64,000 nucleotides of DNA from a virus: IMG/VR virus record IMGVR_UViG_3300018059_000011, positions 20,544 through 84,543 of that record; one strand, written 5' to 3'. Of this stretch, positions 18,446 to 32,292 are shown in pieces. The notes under the pieces are model-generated. The model made no database searches. It was not told the DNA's origin and saw only the letters and a list, made by a program, of their open reading frames with translations. The translations under genes were made by a program, and so were the position numbers. Positions within the stretch are counted from its first letter, which is position 1. Every line of letters begins with the position of its first letter.

Positions 18446-18879
18446 TGCCAACCTCAGCCTCCTATCTCGCCCGTGCTCGTTCGTATCTCGGGACGCCATT
18501 TCGGCACCAGGGTCGTAAGCCCGGTATGGGGCTGGACTGCGTGGGCGTGCTCGTTTGCGCGGGACGAGCCGAGGGCATAGAGGTTACGGACACGCCGAAC
18601 TATCGCCGCCACGCCGACTGGGCTACATTCACAGCGAAGTTCAATGAGAATGCCGACTGGGTTGGCAATAGCCTCGATGCTCTCGAACCGGGCCGCATAA
18701 TTATTCTTCGCGACGGTAAGTATCAGACGCATTGCGCTGTCATCGGCACCGATCCCGTGGATGGCGCTTTCACGATTGTTCACGCCTATGAGCCCCGTGG
18801 CAAAGTCGTAGAGGAGCGCATCACTGAGGACTGGCGTTCTCGCATTGTCGGTGTCTATAAACTTCGGGGTCTTGACTAA
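18445..18879 (+). CDS. NlpC/P60 tail peptidase
   Basis: YLGTPFRHQGR...GLDCVG, catalytic His, IVHAY. Confidence 0.92.
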   Translation: MPTSASYLARARSYLGTPFRHQGRKPGMGLDCVGVLVCAGRAEGIEVTDTPNYRRHADWATFTAKFNENADWVGNSLDALEPGRIIILRDGKYQTHCAVIGTDPVDGAFTIVHAYEPRGKVVEERITEDWRSRIVGVYKLRGLD

Positions 18880-21800
18880 TGGGTCAGGTAGGCCAACTCG
18901 TTGTCGGCGTAGTCGGGGGCGTTATCGGCGCATTCTTCGGGGTGCCGCAGCTTGGCTTCATGCTGGGGTCGTTGGCTGGCAGCTTTCTGTTCCCAACAAA
19001 AGGACCAAATCAGGAAGGCCCGCGTCTTGACAACCTCTCGGTCACGTCATCGACCTACGGCCAGCCGATCTTCATTATCTACGGCACCGTTCGTGTTGGG
19101 GGCAATATCATTTGGTCGAAGCCGATCCGTGAACAAAAGACGGTGACCAAGCAGAGCGGCGGCAAGGGCGGCGCTGGAAGCAGCGGCAAGACCACGACCT
19201 ATGCTTATTACTGGACGGGAGCCGTCGCTCTCGGCGAAGGCCCGATTGTCGATGTCGTGAAGATTTGGACCGATACCAAGATCGCGTATGACCGTACTGG
19301 AACTTCGAGCACTGTCCGCAAGCCAGATTTTCGTTTCCGTGTCTACTACGGTGACGAGTTGCAGATGCCGGATGCGGCTATCGCCGCTGACAAGGGCGAC
19401 GCCAATGTCACTGCTCATCGAGGTATGGCCTACATCGTGTTCGATGACATTCCGCTGAAGGACTATGGCAACCGTGTTCCTAGTTTTACGTTCGAGGTCG
19501 TCGCCAATACCGGCGGTGCCACAGCCACGGGCGTTCACGGGATCATCGACTTGACGAGCGGGCCGGTCGCGGCTCCGCGCACTGGCATCCTTGTTCCTAA
19601 CTGGGTGCATCGTCGGCTCTACAAATTCCGTGACGGCGACTCCGGGGGCATCCATGTCTATAATATGGAGACGCGAAAAGAGATTCGGCAAGCTGCGGTA
19701 TTCGACGTAGTGGAACCCGATGATTCTTTTAGTCTTGGTTTTGGAGGCGAAGTCGCAGTAGACGATGATGGTTTCATTTACGCCCAGCTTACTAGCGGCG
19801 GCGCCAACAGCCGAGCGGTTGTCAAGATCGACGGCTTCTCTCTGAAAGAAGTCGCCCGAATCGGTAGCTCCTCGTCCAATTTGGACCCGCTCAAGAACAT
19901 CATTACCGGGGATAATTTTTGCGTCGTCAATGCCTATTCCGCCACTGGCCTGAATCGCTATCTTGTGAATTGCGATTACCGAGGGGATGTGCAGTTCATT
20001 CACTGCGGCGGCAGCGGCATGACCCTCTCATGTGTTACGTCTGTGGATGAGTTCAAAGCCTATGGCGTTCCGGGTGAGACCCGAGATGGGCGGGCCGTGT
20101 GCTATCTTGTCGGTCGCGCGCAGTTTGGCCCGCAATCGACGGAGCCTTTTGGCATCTATCGGATAACGGTGCCGGGCACCGCATATTTGTCGGCGATCAC
20201 CGACCAGCCTAATCCGGTTTTCACACGTACCAAACTCGGGACTATCTCGCCCACCCAAGTCGTCTCGTGGTGGTCCTATTTCAACAGCTTCGGTGGCTCG
20301 TTCTACGACACCCATGAGGGCCGTCTCTATCTTTTGGTGGAGGGTGGCCGCTTCTTCACGACCAAGACGAAGTATCTCGTCCGATACAATCCCGAGACGG
20401 CCTCGGTTGAATGGGCGAAGCCCCTCACCGTCAGCTTTTCCTTTACCGCTTACAATGGATTCTATCGTGTAAACTCCGGTTTTGTTTCGTTCGTGGGCGA
20501 CACAAATTTCGGGACTCACACGAGTCCTGTGCAGACCTTCAATCTTTCGACCGGGGATAGCGCCGAGACCGACCAGTGGGACTTCGAGGGCACGGTCGGT
20601 GGCGCCCAGACCTATGATTCTCAAACTGGGGCGATCATTGCTGTTGGTACTACCCTGGCGGATACCGGAGAGACGAATTGCATTATCTACACCGGCAGGG
20701 CCTCATCCGCTGGGGCCAACCTTGGTGACATCGTTACGAATCTGTGTGGTCGCGTTGGCCTGGAATCATCTGACATCGACGTGGCCGAACTCACCGATGA
20801 CGTGGATGGATATGTCATCAACAATCAATCTACGGTGCGCTCGGCTATCGAGCCTTTGGCGCTGACCTTCAATTTCGATGGAGTGGAATCGGATGACACT
20901 TTGAAGTTCCTGAAGCGTGGCCGTGCGTCGTCGCTGACATTGACCCAGCCTGATCTCAAATTCCTTAGCGATCAGGAAGGCGAGTTTCTTCGCGAGACGC
21001 GGATGCAGGAAGTGGAGTTGCCCGAGCGTGTGTCTCTGGTCTACCTGGACCCAGGCAAGGACTACCAGCAGAACACTCAGACTACTAAACGAATCAGCAA
21101 GCCGACGCCTAGCATGTTCTCGGCCAATCAAATCTCGAACACGATTCCAGTCGTGATGTCGGCGTCATTTGCCAAGCAACTTTCCGAGACGCTCCTGTAC
21201 ACGTCTTGGATCGAACGCATTCGCCAGGAGATCGCGATTAGCTGGGAGTACGCGAAGCTCGATCCTGTCGATGCCGTGACGATCAATCTCGACAATGGAA
21301 CGGTATATGAAGTCCGGCTTACCTCGGTTGACATTGGCGCCGATCTGACGATGGAACTGAAGTCGGTGAACGAGAAGGCGACCTCTTATTCCTCGCATGT
21401 TCCGGCTGACGGCGGCGATGGATTCCCGCAGCAGGTTCTTCCTGGCCTGAGCACGACCAAGACTTTCATCATGGACTGCACGTTGCTTCGCGATAGCGAC
21501 GATACCGGCGGTACTGTGTCGCGGATGTACGCCGCTGGTGGCGGCTTTGGTCAGCCCAATTGGCCCGGTGAGCAAATCGAGCACAGCGCCGATGGCAGCT
21601 TCTACAATGTGGTCGCCCAGATTCCGAATGAGTCTGCATGGGGATCGGTGGGGGATGCCCTTCCCGGCGTCACTAATCCTTTTGCCACGGACGAAGATAA
21701 CACCATCACCGTGTTCATGAACTCTGGTGAGGATCAGCTTGAGAGCATCACCGATCTGGAGATGGTGAATGGGGCCAATCCTGCGATCTTGTGGGATGAG

Positions 21801-22421
21801 GCTACTGGCAATCTCGAAGTTATCCAATACCGCGATGTCACGCAAAATGATGACGGCAGCTACACGTTGTCTGGTCTCTTGCGTGGCCGCCGTGGTACTG
21901 ACACTTTCGTGGGTTCTCATGTTGCTGGCGAAACCCTGCTTCTTATCAGCGCCGACACTACGGAATCTTTTCTCCTCGGACTCGGTGAACTGAACGTATC
22001 TCGGTACTATAAAGGCGTTCCGTATGGAACGGTCTTCGAGGATGCCCCGTTGAAGATCATCACCAGCACTGGTCGTGATTTGAAGCCCTACGCCCCGGTT
22101 AATGTGGCTGCGGCCATTGACGGCAGTGACATCGACTTGACCTGGGACCGCCGGACTCGCATCGGTGGGGCCTTGCAAGACGGCATCGGAACCGTGGTTT
22201 TGGGCGAGACTACGGAAGCCTACGAGGTTGACATCTGGAACGGCGCCGGGGATACTGTATTGAGGACTTTGACCTCGACTACGACCACGGTTACCTACCT
22301 GGACGCGGACATTACCACGGATTTCGGCTCGATCCCGGCTACGTTGACGGTTACGGTTTACCAGATGAGCGCAGCGGTCGGAAGGGGCTTTGGCAAGAAG
22401 GTGACGGTCGATGTCGTGTAA
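18879..22421 (+). CDS. Tail tip / host-specificity protein (GTA megatron / gpJ-like)
   Basis: EGPRLDNL...YGTVRVGGNIIW...AHRGMAYIVF...LSGLLRGRRGT...YQMSAAVGRG. Confidence 0.9.
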   Translation: MGQVGQLVVGVVGGVIGAFFGVPQLGFMLGSLAGSFLFPTKGPNQEGPRLDNLSVTSSTYGQPIFIIYGTVRVGGNIIWSKPIREQKTVTKQSGGKGGAGSSGKTTTYAYYWTGAVALGEGPIVDVVKIWTDTKIAYDRTGTSSTVRKPDFRFRVYYGDELQMPDAAIAADKGDANVTAHRGMAYIVFDDIPLKDYGNRVPSFTFEVVANTGGATATGVHGIIDLTSGPVAAPRTGILVPNWVHRRLYKFRDGDSGGIHVYNMETRKEIRQAAVFDVVEPDDSFSLGFGGEVAVDDDGFIYAQLTSGGANSRAVVKIDGFSLKEVARIGSSSSNLDPLKNIITGDNFCVVNAYSATGLNRYLVNCDYRGDVQFIHCGGSGMTLSCVTSVDEFKAYGVPGETRDGRAVCYLVGRAQFGPQSTEPFGIYRITVPGTAYLSAITDQPNPVFTRTKLGTISPTQVVSWWSYFNSFGGSFYDTHEGRLYLLVEGGRFFTTKTKYLVRYNPETASVEWAKPLTVSFSFTAYNGFYRVNSGFVSFVGDTNFGTHTSPVQTFNLSTGDSAETDQWDFEGTVGGAQTYDSQTGAIIAVGTTLADTGETNCIIYTGRASSAGANLGDIVTNLCGRVGLESSDIDVAELTDDVDGYVINNQSTVRSAIEPLALTFNFDGVESDDTLKFLKRGRASSLTLTQPDLKFLSDQEGEFLRETRMQEVELPERVSLVYLDPGKDYQQNTQTTKRISKPTPSMFSANQISNTIPVVMSASFAKQLSETLLYTSWIERIRQEIAISWEYAKLDPVDAVTINLDNGTVYEVRLTSVDIGADLTMELKSVNEKATSYSSHVPADGGDGFPQQVLPGLSTTKTFIMDCTLLRDSDDTGGTVSRMYAAGGGFGQPNWPGEQIEHSADGSFYNVVAQIPNESAWGSVGDALPGVTNPFATDEDNTITVFMNSGEDQLESITDLEMVNGANPAILWDEATGNLEVIQYRDVTQNDDGSYTLSGLLRGRRGTDTFVGSHVAGETLLLISADTTESFLLGLGELNVSRYYKGVPYGTVFEDAPLKIITSTGRDLKPYAPVNVAAAIDGSDIDLTWDRRTRIGGALQDGIGTVVLGETTEAYEVDIWNGAGDTVLRTLTSTTTTVTYLDADITTDFGSIPATLTVTVYQMSAAVGRGFGKKVTVDVV

Positions 22422-22938
22422 TTCTCAGCCAGCTTTGGATCATGACCGCGAGAGGTCTCGCGATTACCAGTCTGTGCTTCGTAGCACACCAGAGGGCCGA
22501 GCTAAATCCAATCAGGCCGCGAAGGATTCATACCACCGTTGCAAGAATGGACTCGGCAAAAGGTATCGTGCTCGTATTGCGACAATGGCTCCTAAGAGCC
22601 CACGAACTTTGCAGAAGGTTTGCGTGGAGTCCGCGCGTTTTCGCGCGGAAGAGAAAGATATTCCTTTCGAGATCACTGTGGCGGATTTGTTTTGGCCCGT
22701 GGTATGCCCGGTGACAAATCTTGTACTCGATTATGAATTGAATGCTTCGGTCGGCTCAGGTAGGGGGGCGCACCGTCCTCGTTCAAACGCCCCATCTTTG
22801 GATCGCATCATCCCATCTAAGGGCTATGTGGTCGGCAATGTCAGAGTTATTTCTTGGAAGGCGAACCTCTTGAAGAACGATTGCACGGACCCGGCGGTGT
22901 TTGAACGCATGGCCCGGTATATCCGGGGAGAAATCTAA
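22411..22938 (+). CDS. HNH homing-type endonuclease
   Basis: CPV...PSLDRIIPSKGYVVGNVRVISWKANLLK motif. Confidence 0.88.
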   Translation: MSCNSQPALDHDRERSRDYQSVLRSTPEGRAKSNQAAKDSYHRCKNGLGKRYRARIATMAPKSPRTLQKVCVESARFRAEEKDIPFEITVADLFWPVVCPVTNLVLDYELNASVGSGRGAHRPRSNAPSLDRIIPSKGYVVGNVRVISWKANLLKNDCTDPAVFERMARYIRGEI

Positions 22939-24824
22939 TGGCTAACGATCTTGCGCTCCCCCAAGTCGCGGCCAATCAGAATCAAAAGGAAGTCACCATA
23001 AACAGCGCCACCGAACAACTTGGTGGCGCGGTGTCCGATGAACTCGCCGTCGATTTGACCTCTGGCAACGTCACGCTGTCATCCACCAACTATCGCAAGT
23101 ACGTCGCCTTCGTGTGCTCGGGAAACTCGGTTGCTCGCAATCTCACGTTTCCAACCGTCAAGCGTGGGCTTGTCATCGTCGTTAATAATGGTTCGGCGAC
23201 GATGCACGTCGTCAAGGGCTCGACCTCGCTGCCGGTCATCGCCGGGGCTTCGTCCATGTTCCAGACGGACGGCACTACGGATGGCCTCGTCGAGTTGCAA
23301 GCTGCCGGTAACGGCAGCGGCGCCTCCGTTGCGTGGCGCGGCGCGTGGTCCGGCGCGACCACCTATGAGCCCAACGATCTCACGCAGGATGGCGGCTCCA
23401 CGTACATCTGCATTCTCGAACATACGAACCAAGAGCCTCCCAACGGCACGTATTGGGAACTTTTCGCCTCGAAGGGCGACACCGGCCCGACTGGGGCCAC
23501 GGGTCCGACCGGGGCTACGGGTGCGACTGGGGCGACCGGCGCGTTCGGCGGCGCCGTCGCCATCGAGTATGAGTTTTCGACCACGACTGCGGATGCCGAT
23601 CCCGGCAACGGCTTCCTGCGTCTGGATAATGCCACGCAGTTGAGCGCGACTACGATTCGCGCCGACTTGCTCGATTTCAACGGTGCGACCGTCACCAACA
23701 TTTTGGATGTGTTTGACGATAGCACCAGCGCCGTCAACGGCTTCATTCGCCTCGTCAAGAAGTCGGACCCCACGAAGTTTATTCTCTTCTCGGTCGGCAC
23801 CGTAGCGACCCCCGCTGGCTACCGCAATATCTCTGTCAATGAGGTCGCGGCGTCTGGCGCCGATCCTTTCGCTGATACCGACATCATCGTCTTGGAGTTC
23901 ACGGCCAACGGCGACAAGGGCGACACCGGAGCGACCGGCGCCACGGGTTCGTCTGGCGGCCTCGGCACTACGGGCTTGCCCGGAGGTTCCGTTACCATCG
24001 AATATACATTCTCGACCACTACCTCTGATGCCGATCCCGGCGCTGGAAATTTGCGACTCAACAATTCGACGCAGGCATCAGCCACCAAGATTTTCGCCGA
24101 TCTGCTCAATGACAACGGCGACGACTATACTGATCTGCTCGACACCCTCGATGCCAGCACCAATACGGTGAAGGGCGAAATCAAGCTTGTTAACAAGGCT
24201 GACTTCCGAAAGTTTATCATCTTCAACATGACGGCGCGGACAACCGCGACCGGCTATCGTAAGTTGGACATCACCGAGATTGCGACTTCGGGCGTCGATC
24301 CCCTTGTCAACGACGACACTATCTATCTCGTGTTCACGCGCGCTGGCGACAAAGGCGCGACGGGGGCCACGGGCGCGACCGGCGCGACCGGCGCGGGTGT
24401 CCCGACCGCCGGGTCCGCGCATCAAGTTCTGCGGAAGATCGACGGCACAGACTACAATACTGAATGGGCCGATCAGATTTACGACTTCGGCTTCTTCGCT
24501 GGCGGAAAGCCGGACACCGCTGAAATCGTTTTCAGGTACGTCGCTACTCGTGCTTTTCGGTTGCCATCGGCTCTTACGGGGTCGCAGTTCAATATCGGAA
24601 CGAATCCGGCTGCGACCATGACGTGGACGATTAAGAAGAATGGATCGTCCGCATCTGGTTCCGGCGGCACCGTCGCATTCTCCACAAGCGGCACCCCAAC
24701 GGTTACGTTTGCGGCAGACTCCGATTTTGCAGCCGGGGACATCCTCGAAGTGGACGCGCCGGGGTCACAAGATTCGACCGGCGCCGACATCTTCTTTGGC
24801 TTCCTCGCCAACTTGGTCCAGTAA
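22938..24824 (+). CDS. Tail fibre with collagen-like Gly-X-Y segments
   Basis: QNQKEVTIN N-terminus; GATGATG repeats; WRGAW module; two YxFSTTTxDADPG domains. Confidence 0.82.
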   Translation: MANDLALPQVAANQNQKEVTINSATEQLGGAVSDELAVDLTSGNVTLSSTNYRKYVAFVCSGNSVARNLTFPTVKRGLVIVVNNGSATMHVVKGSTSLPVIAGASSMFQTDGTTDGLVELQAAGNGSGASVAWRGAWSGATTYEPNDLTQDGGSTYICILEHTNQEPPNGTYWELFASKGDTGPTGATGPTGATGATGATGAFGGAVAIEYEFSTTTADADPGNGFLRLDNATQLSATTIRADLLDFNGATVTNILDVFDDSTSAVNGFIRLVKKSDPTKFILFSVGTVATPAGYRNISVNEVAASGADPFADTDIIVLEFTANGDKGDTGATGATGSSGGLGTTGLPGGSVTIEYTFSTTTSDADPGAGNLRLNNSTQASATKIFADLLNDNGDDYTDLLDTLDASTNTVKGEIKLVNKADFRKFIIFNMTARTTATGYRKLDITEIATSGVDPLVNDDTIYLVFTRAGDKGATGATGATGATGAGVPTAGSAHQVLRKIDGTDYNTEWADQIYDFGFFAGGKPDTAEIVFRYVATRAFRLPSALTGSQFNIGTNPAATMTWTIKKNGSSASGSGGTVAFSTSGTPTVTFAADSDFAAGDILEVDAPGSQDSTGADIFFGFLANLVQ

Positions 24825-24836
24825 AGGGGTAGCGTT

Positions 24837-25574
24837 ATGGTACAGAAGTTCACGGTCAAATGTGGTGAAGCCTGGATGTTGGCCCAGGCCCACGGCAAGA
24901 CCGATCCATTCGATAATCTCATTGAAGATGCCGTCTTCGATGTCAGCGATGAGTTCCTGTTCGAGAACACCGACGAGAACGTCGCCGAGATCATCAAGCG
25001 CAATCCCGATTGGTGGGGCTCTCCGTCGAAGCTGAGGCGTAGTGCCGAGCGCTATCTCGCGTGCATGAAGTTCAATCTCTACCTGAAGGCCGACATCCTC
25101 GACGGCGATCCCAAAAAGCTGAAGACCTTCGAGTCGTTGAAGGACGCGACGCTCGACAAGATGAATGAGACTACGCACATTCCGAATACCTGCCACGGCA
25201 ACGGCCCGGCAGACGGCCACGCTTGCGTGCGGACCTATGTTTGGCATCGTGACAGCGATGCCGATGCCCGCGTGCATCATGACCACCGGATTCACCACAA
25301 ATGTAAGAACCATCGCCATCTCGATGACGAGCGGTGCCACGCGCAGATTCAGCACGAAGGTCGTCACATGAGCAATGTGCTGATCGCCGCCGAACAGATG
25401 TTCGGGACTCCGGTTGGTGAGTTCCATTTTAAGTTCAACGCGAATCGTGAACTTGAGGTCAGCCATTCGCGTTTGACGGCGGCGGGGATGGATAAGCTCC
25501 AGAAGCATGTGCGGGCCACCTATCCGAATACGCCGACGCATGTGAAGCCGCACCCCATCCACAAAGAGGAGTAA
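24837..25574 (+). CDS. His/Cys-rich hypothetical protein
   Basis: 245-aa ORF in fibre operon with genome-typical codon bias. Confidence 0.7.
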   Translation: MVQKFTVKCGEAWMLAQAHGKTDPFDNLIEDAVFDVSDEFLFENTDENVAEIIKRNPDWWGSPSKLRRSAERYLACMKFNLYLKADILDGDPKKLKTFESLKDATLDKMNETTHIPNTCHGNGPADGHACVRTYVWHRDSDADARVHHDHRIHHKCKNHRHLDDERCHAQIQHEGRHMSNVLIAAEQMFGTPVGEFHFKFNANRELEVSHSRLTAAGMDKLQKHVRATYPNTPTHVKPHPIHKEE

Positions 25575-25580
25575 TATCCT

Positions 25581-26837
25581 GTGGGTGGAACGTCAGCCAT
25601 CTTTGGTTTCTCTCGGCCAGGCCTTAGTTCCATAACGACCGGCGGCACGTCTCGCTACTGGCCGCTCGGTGGTAACGGGTTTGGCTCTGCCAGCACGACC
25701 GAAGCTCTTGGTCAGATGTATTTCTATTCCAACGGAACGCTGAAGAATCTCGGTATTACCATAACCACGAATACCTACACCCTCACATTCACCAGCCGGA
25801 TCAATGGGGGCGCCGGGGCTCAGTCTATTTCGCAGACGGGCACTGGGCATTTTTCCGATTCCTCGAATATGGATTCGGTTACGTCCGGCCAGAATGTATA
25901 CATCAAGGCAGTGACTAGCGATGGCTCCCATACGGTCACCATTGCCGGTGGCGAAGTCGAGTTCAAAGCCAGCACTGGCAGCGGTAATCCGTTCTGCTTT
26001 AGCTCCAGCAGCTATACGGTTCCTGTCGAATACCAGTCGGGAGCGGGTTCGTTGTCGGCATTCGCGCCGCTGTACGGTGGCGCCCAGAACACAACGCCAT
26101 CTCCCACGGAAACGAAACTGGCAGATACCAAGTTGCGGGTATCCGGTACACTTCAGCGTTATCAGACTTACGTGCTGGTGAATACCCGAACGGTTGCCTG
26201 CTCGGTTACTTCTCGAAAGAGCACTACCGATCAGAATCAATCGGTCTCGATCCCGAACACCGGGGCCACGGGATATTTCGAGGATAGCAGCAACACCGAT
26301 ACCGTGTCGGGTGGCGACATCTGGAAGTACCATTTGAACGTTACCACCGGCACCGGGACGCTTGGTCTTGCATGGATGGGATGCTGGTTCACGACGACCA
26401 ATCATCAGTTCGATGTAGGATGCGGATGGGATAAAACTGTTGCGTCTATTTCTACTTCGGTTGACAATTTCTACCCGATTTCTGGCTACGGGGACTCTAC
26501 AACGACTGAGGCCAATGTCAAGCAAGTGGCGATGTTCGATTTCACCGCCGGGAATCTTCGTTGCACGGTCCCGACAAATTCCTCTGGGACTACGGTAACG
26601 GCGGCACTGTCGATCAATGGTTCTGCTGGGACTATGGCCCTGAGCATCACCAATGCTGTTATCGGAGATTTTGAGGACAGCAGCAATCAAGACAGCATCA
26701 CCGCGACGGAGACGCTCGCATTTAGGCATGGGCCGCCGAACAATTCCAGCTGGATCATCTCCAACATCACGATGACCGGCGATCCCGGCGCTGCCCCACA
26801 TCGCAAGCGCCGCATCTATTGGTCTCAAGGTGGGTAA
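25581..26837 (+). CDS. Thr/Ser/Gly-rich beta-structured virion or receptor-binding protein with three internal repeats
   Basis: GxF(S/E)DSSNxD(S/T)(V/I) occurs three times; GAGGAG RBS. Confidence 0.7.
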   Translation: MGGTSAIFGFSRPGLSSITTGGTSRYWPLGGNGFGSASTTEALGQMYFYSNGTLKNLGITITTNTYTLTFTSRINGGAGAQSISQTGTGHFSDSSNMDSVTSGQNVYIKAVTSDGSHTVTIAGGEVEFKASTGSGNPFCFSSSSYTVPVEYQSGAGSLSAFAPLYGGAQNTTPSPTETKLADTKLRVSGTLQRYQTYVLVNTRTVACSVTSRKSTTDQNQSVSIPNTGATGYFEDSSNTDTVSGGDIWKYHLNVTTGTGTLGLAWMGCWFTTTNHQFDVGCGWDKTVASISTSVDNFYPISGYGDSTTTEANVKQVAMFDFTAGNLRCTVPTNSSGTTVTAALSINGSAGTMALSITNAVIGDFEDSSNQDSITATETLAFRHGPPNNSSWIISNITMTGDPGAAPHRKRRIYWSQGG

Positions 26838-26841
26838 GGTC

Positions 26842-27219
26842 ATGGGAAAACATCACCGGCATTACGATCCGACCGGCCATTATTTCGAGGGCGGAAACCT
26901 CTTCGAGAGGATTCTTCGGTTCTTCAACCTGCTTGAGCCCAAGCAAATGGTGCTCTCGGTTTCCAAGATTGCGGTCTACTCCACACTCGGGTTGGTATTC
27001 TATGCTGTCAAGGCCGGACCCGGCAATATCGAGTTGGCGATGACCGCCCTTGCGGGTTTGGGGGTTAGCACGGTAAACTATGGGTATCGGCGGTACATGC
27101 AGTACCAGGAAGGGAATGGCCCGTATCCGACTCCGGCCAAAACTGACCAGCAGCCGCCCGATGACGTAGCTGATGCTGCCATGCGCGAGCTTGGAAAAGG
27201 TGGACCGAACAATGAGTAA
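26842..27219 (+). CDS. Two-TM membrane protein (holin-like candidate)
   Basis: Two hydrophobic segments (LSVSKIAVYSTLGLVFYAV; LAMTALAGLGVSTVNY) and charged tail. Confidence 0.55.
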   Translation: MGKHHRHYDPTGHYFEGGNLFERILRFFNLLEPKQMVLSVSKIAVYSTLGLVFYAVKAGPGNIELAMTALAGLGVSTVNYGYRRYMQYQEGNGPYPTPAKTDQQPPDDVADAAMRELGKGGPNNE

Positions 27220-27799
27220 GACGGGATTTGCCAAAGGGGCGGGACCGGCCATTTCGGGCGACGCGCAAAATTTGGCCGCCGGGCTCCGGCGTTTGGACAA
27301 GGTGCTCACGGGCACCGGCAAGGCGTATCTCAGCAAGGGCGATTGCAATCTCGATCCGTCCGTCATTCTCGACAACGCCCGTGTGCAGGTCGTTGGCGCG
27401 AACTCGGCGAACCGAACGCTTCATATCCCCTATGTGAATCGCGAAGTCATCTTCTCAAGCCATCCGAACAATCTCTTCGAGTTCGACATCGCCACCGACA
27501 AGATGACGATCTCGTTGAAGCCCGGCCAAAGTATCAAGGTGTTCATGGATGGCTTCGGCGGCATGGACGTGCTCGGCGGCTCTAGCGGCGGTGGCGGCCA
27601 GGGCCACGAAGGCAAGCGCGGTCCAGAGGGTCCACCCGGTAGACAGGGAGAACGTGGCGGCCAGGGCAATATCGGCCCGCGTGGTCCGCAAGGCAATCCC
27701 GGTCCAGCCGATCCGCGTTTCCAAATTCAGGACGGGCGTCTTCTGTTCGTTTCCGACCAAGGAACCTTTGTGATCTCGGCGACGAAGCTCCCCGGCTAA
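27212..27799 (+). CDS. Short collagen-like fibre protein
   Basis: GKRGPEGPPGRQGERGGQGNIGPRGPQGNPGP; N-terminal domain similar to the other fibres. Confidence 0.72.
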   Translation: MSKTGFAKGAGPAISGDAQNLAAGLRRLDKVLTGTGKAYLSKGDCNLDPSVILDNARVQVVGANSANRTLHIPYVNREVIFSSHPNNLFEFDIATDKMTISLKPGQSIKVFMDGFGGMDVLGGSSGGGGQGHEGKRGPEGPPGRQGERGGQGNIGPRGPQGNPGPADPRFQIQDGRLLFVSDQGTFVISATKLPG

Positions 27800-27814
27800 G
27801 GAGGAGCCGTTGTC

Positions 27815-31798
<3,984 letters not shown>

Positions 31799-31823
31799 CT
31801 CAGCCAAAGGAGAACGGCACGAG

Positions 31824-31853
31824 TTGCAAATGTCAGTTGTTATAGATTAGGTT
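31824..31853 (+). promoter_or_regulatory. Putative promoter
   Basis: gTTGCAA-18bp-TAGGTT. Confidence 0.45.
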
Positions 31854-31895
31854 CACATTCAGCACGATGATGTAATTCAACCAAGGAGAATGACT

Positions 31896-32197
31896 ATGAC
31901 AAACTTCGCTTCAATCGCCGTGGAAATTCCGGAATACGGAATTGCCAGTGTCGTGGGCGGCGTGACTATCACATACCCTGTTATGCCTGTCGATGATACC
32001 CGCTACGGGAGTGTAGCGTGGGTGGGGTGCAAAATGCGTCTTTGATAGGTTTTACTGGCGTCGAGCGCAGGCTCGCTATTTTCGTGGGCGGCGGTTATGT
32101 GATGGCGACTCCGGCGGCAATCGAAGACAAGATGGGCGGCGGTTCTCTCGGCACCGTGGTCCTTCCTACAGGATGGACTCTGCTCGCGATCATGTAA
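31896..32197 (+). pseudogene. ~100-codon gene split by a single-base frameshift
   Basis: AAGGAGA RBS; 49-aa ORF stops at 32045; -1 frame open from ~31997 to TAA at 32197. Confidence 0.55.
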
Positions 32198-32229
32198 ATG
32201 GCGCCGATTACCGGGCATTCTCCGTAAGG

Positions 32230-32259
32230 TTGCATATATGAGTCACAAAGGCGCATAAT
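32230..32259 (+). promoter_or_regulatory. Putative lysis-cassette promoter overlapped by inverted repeats
   Basis: ggTTGCAT-18bp-CATAAT. Confidence 0.6.
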
Positions 32260-32292
32260 GACTCGTATATAAGTCATTAGGAGGGAAGGCTC

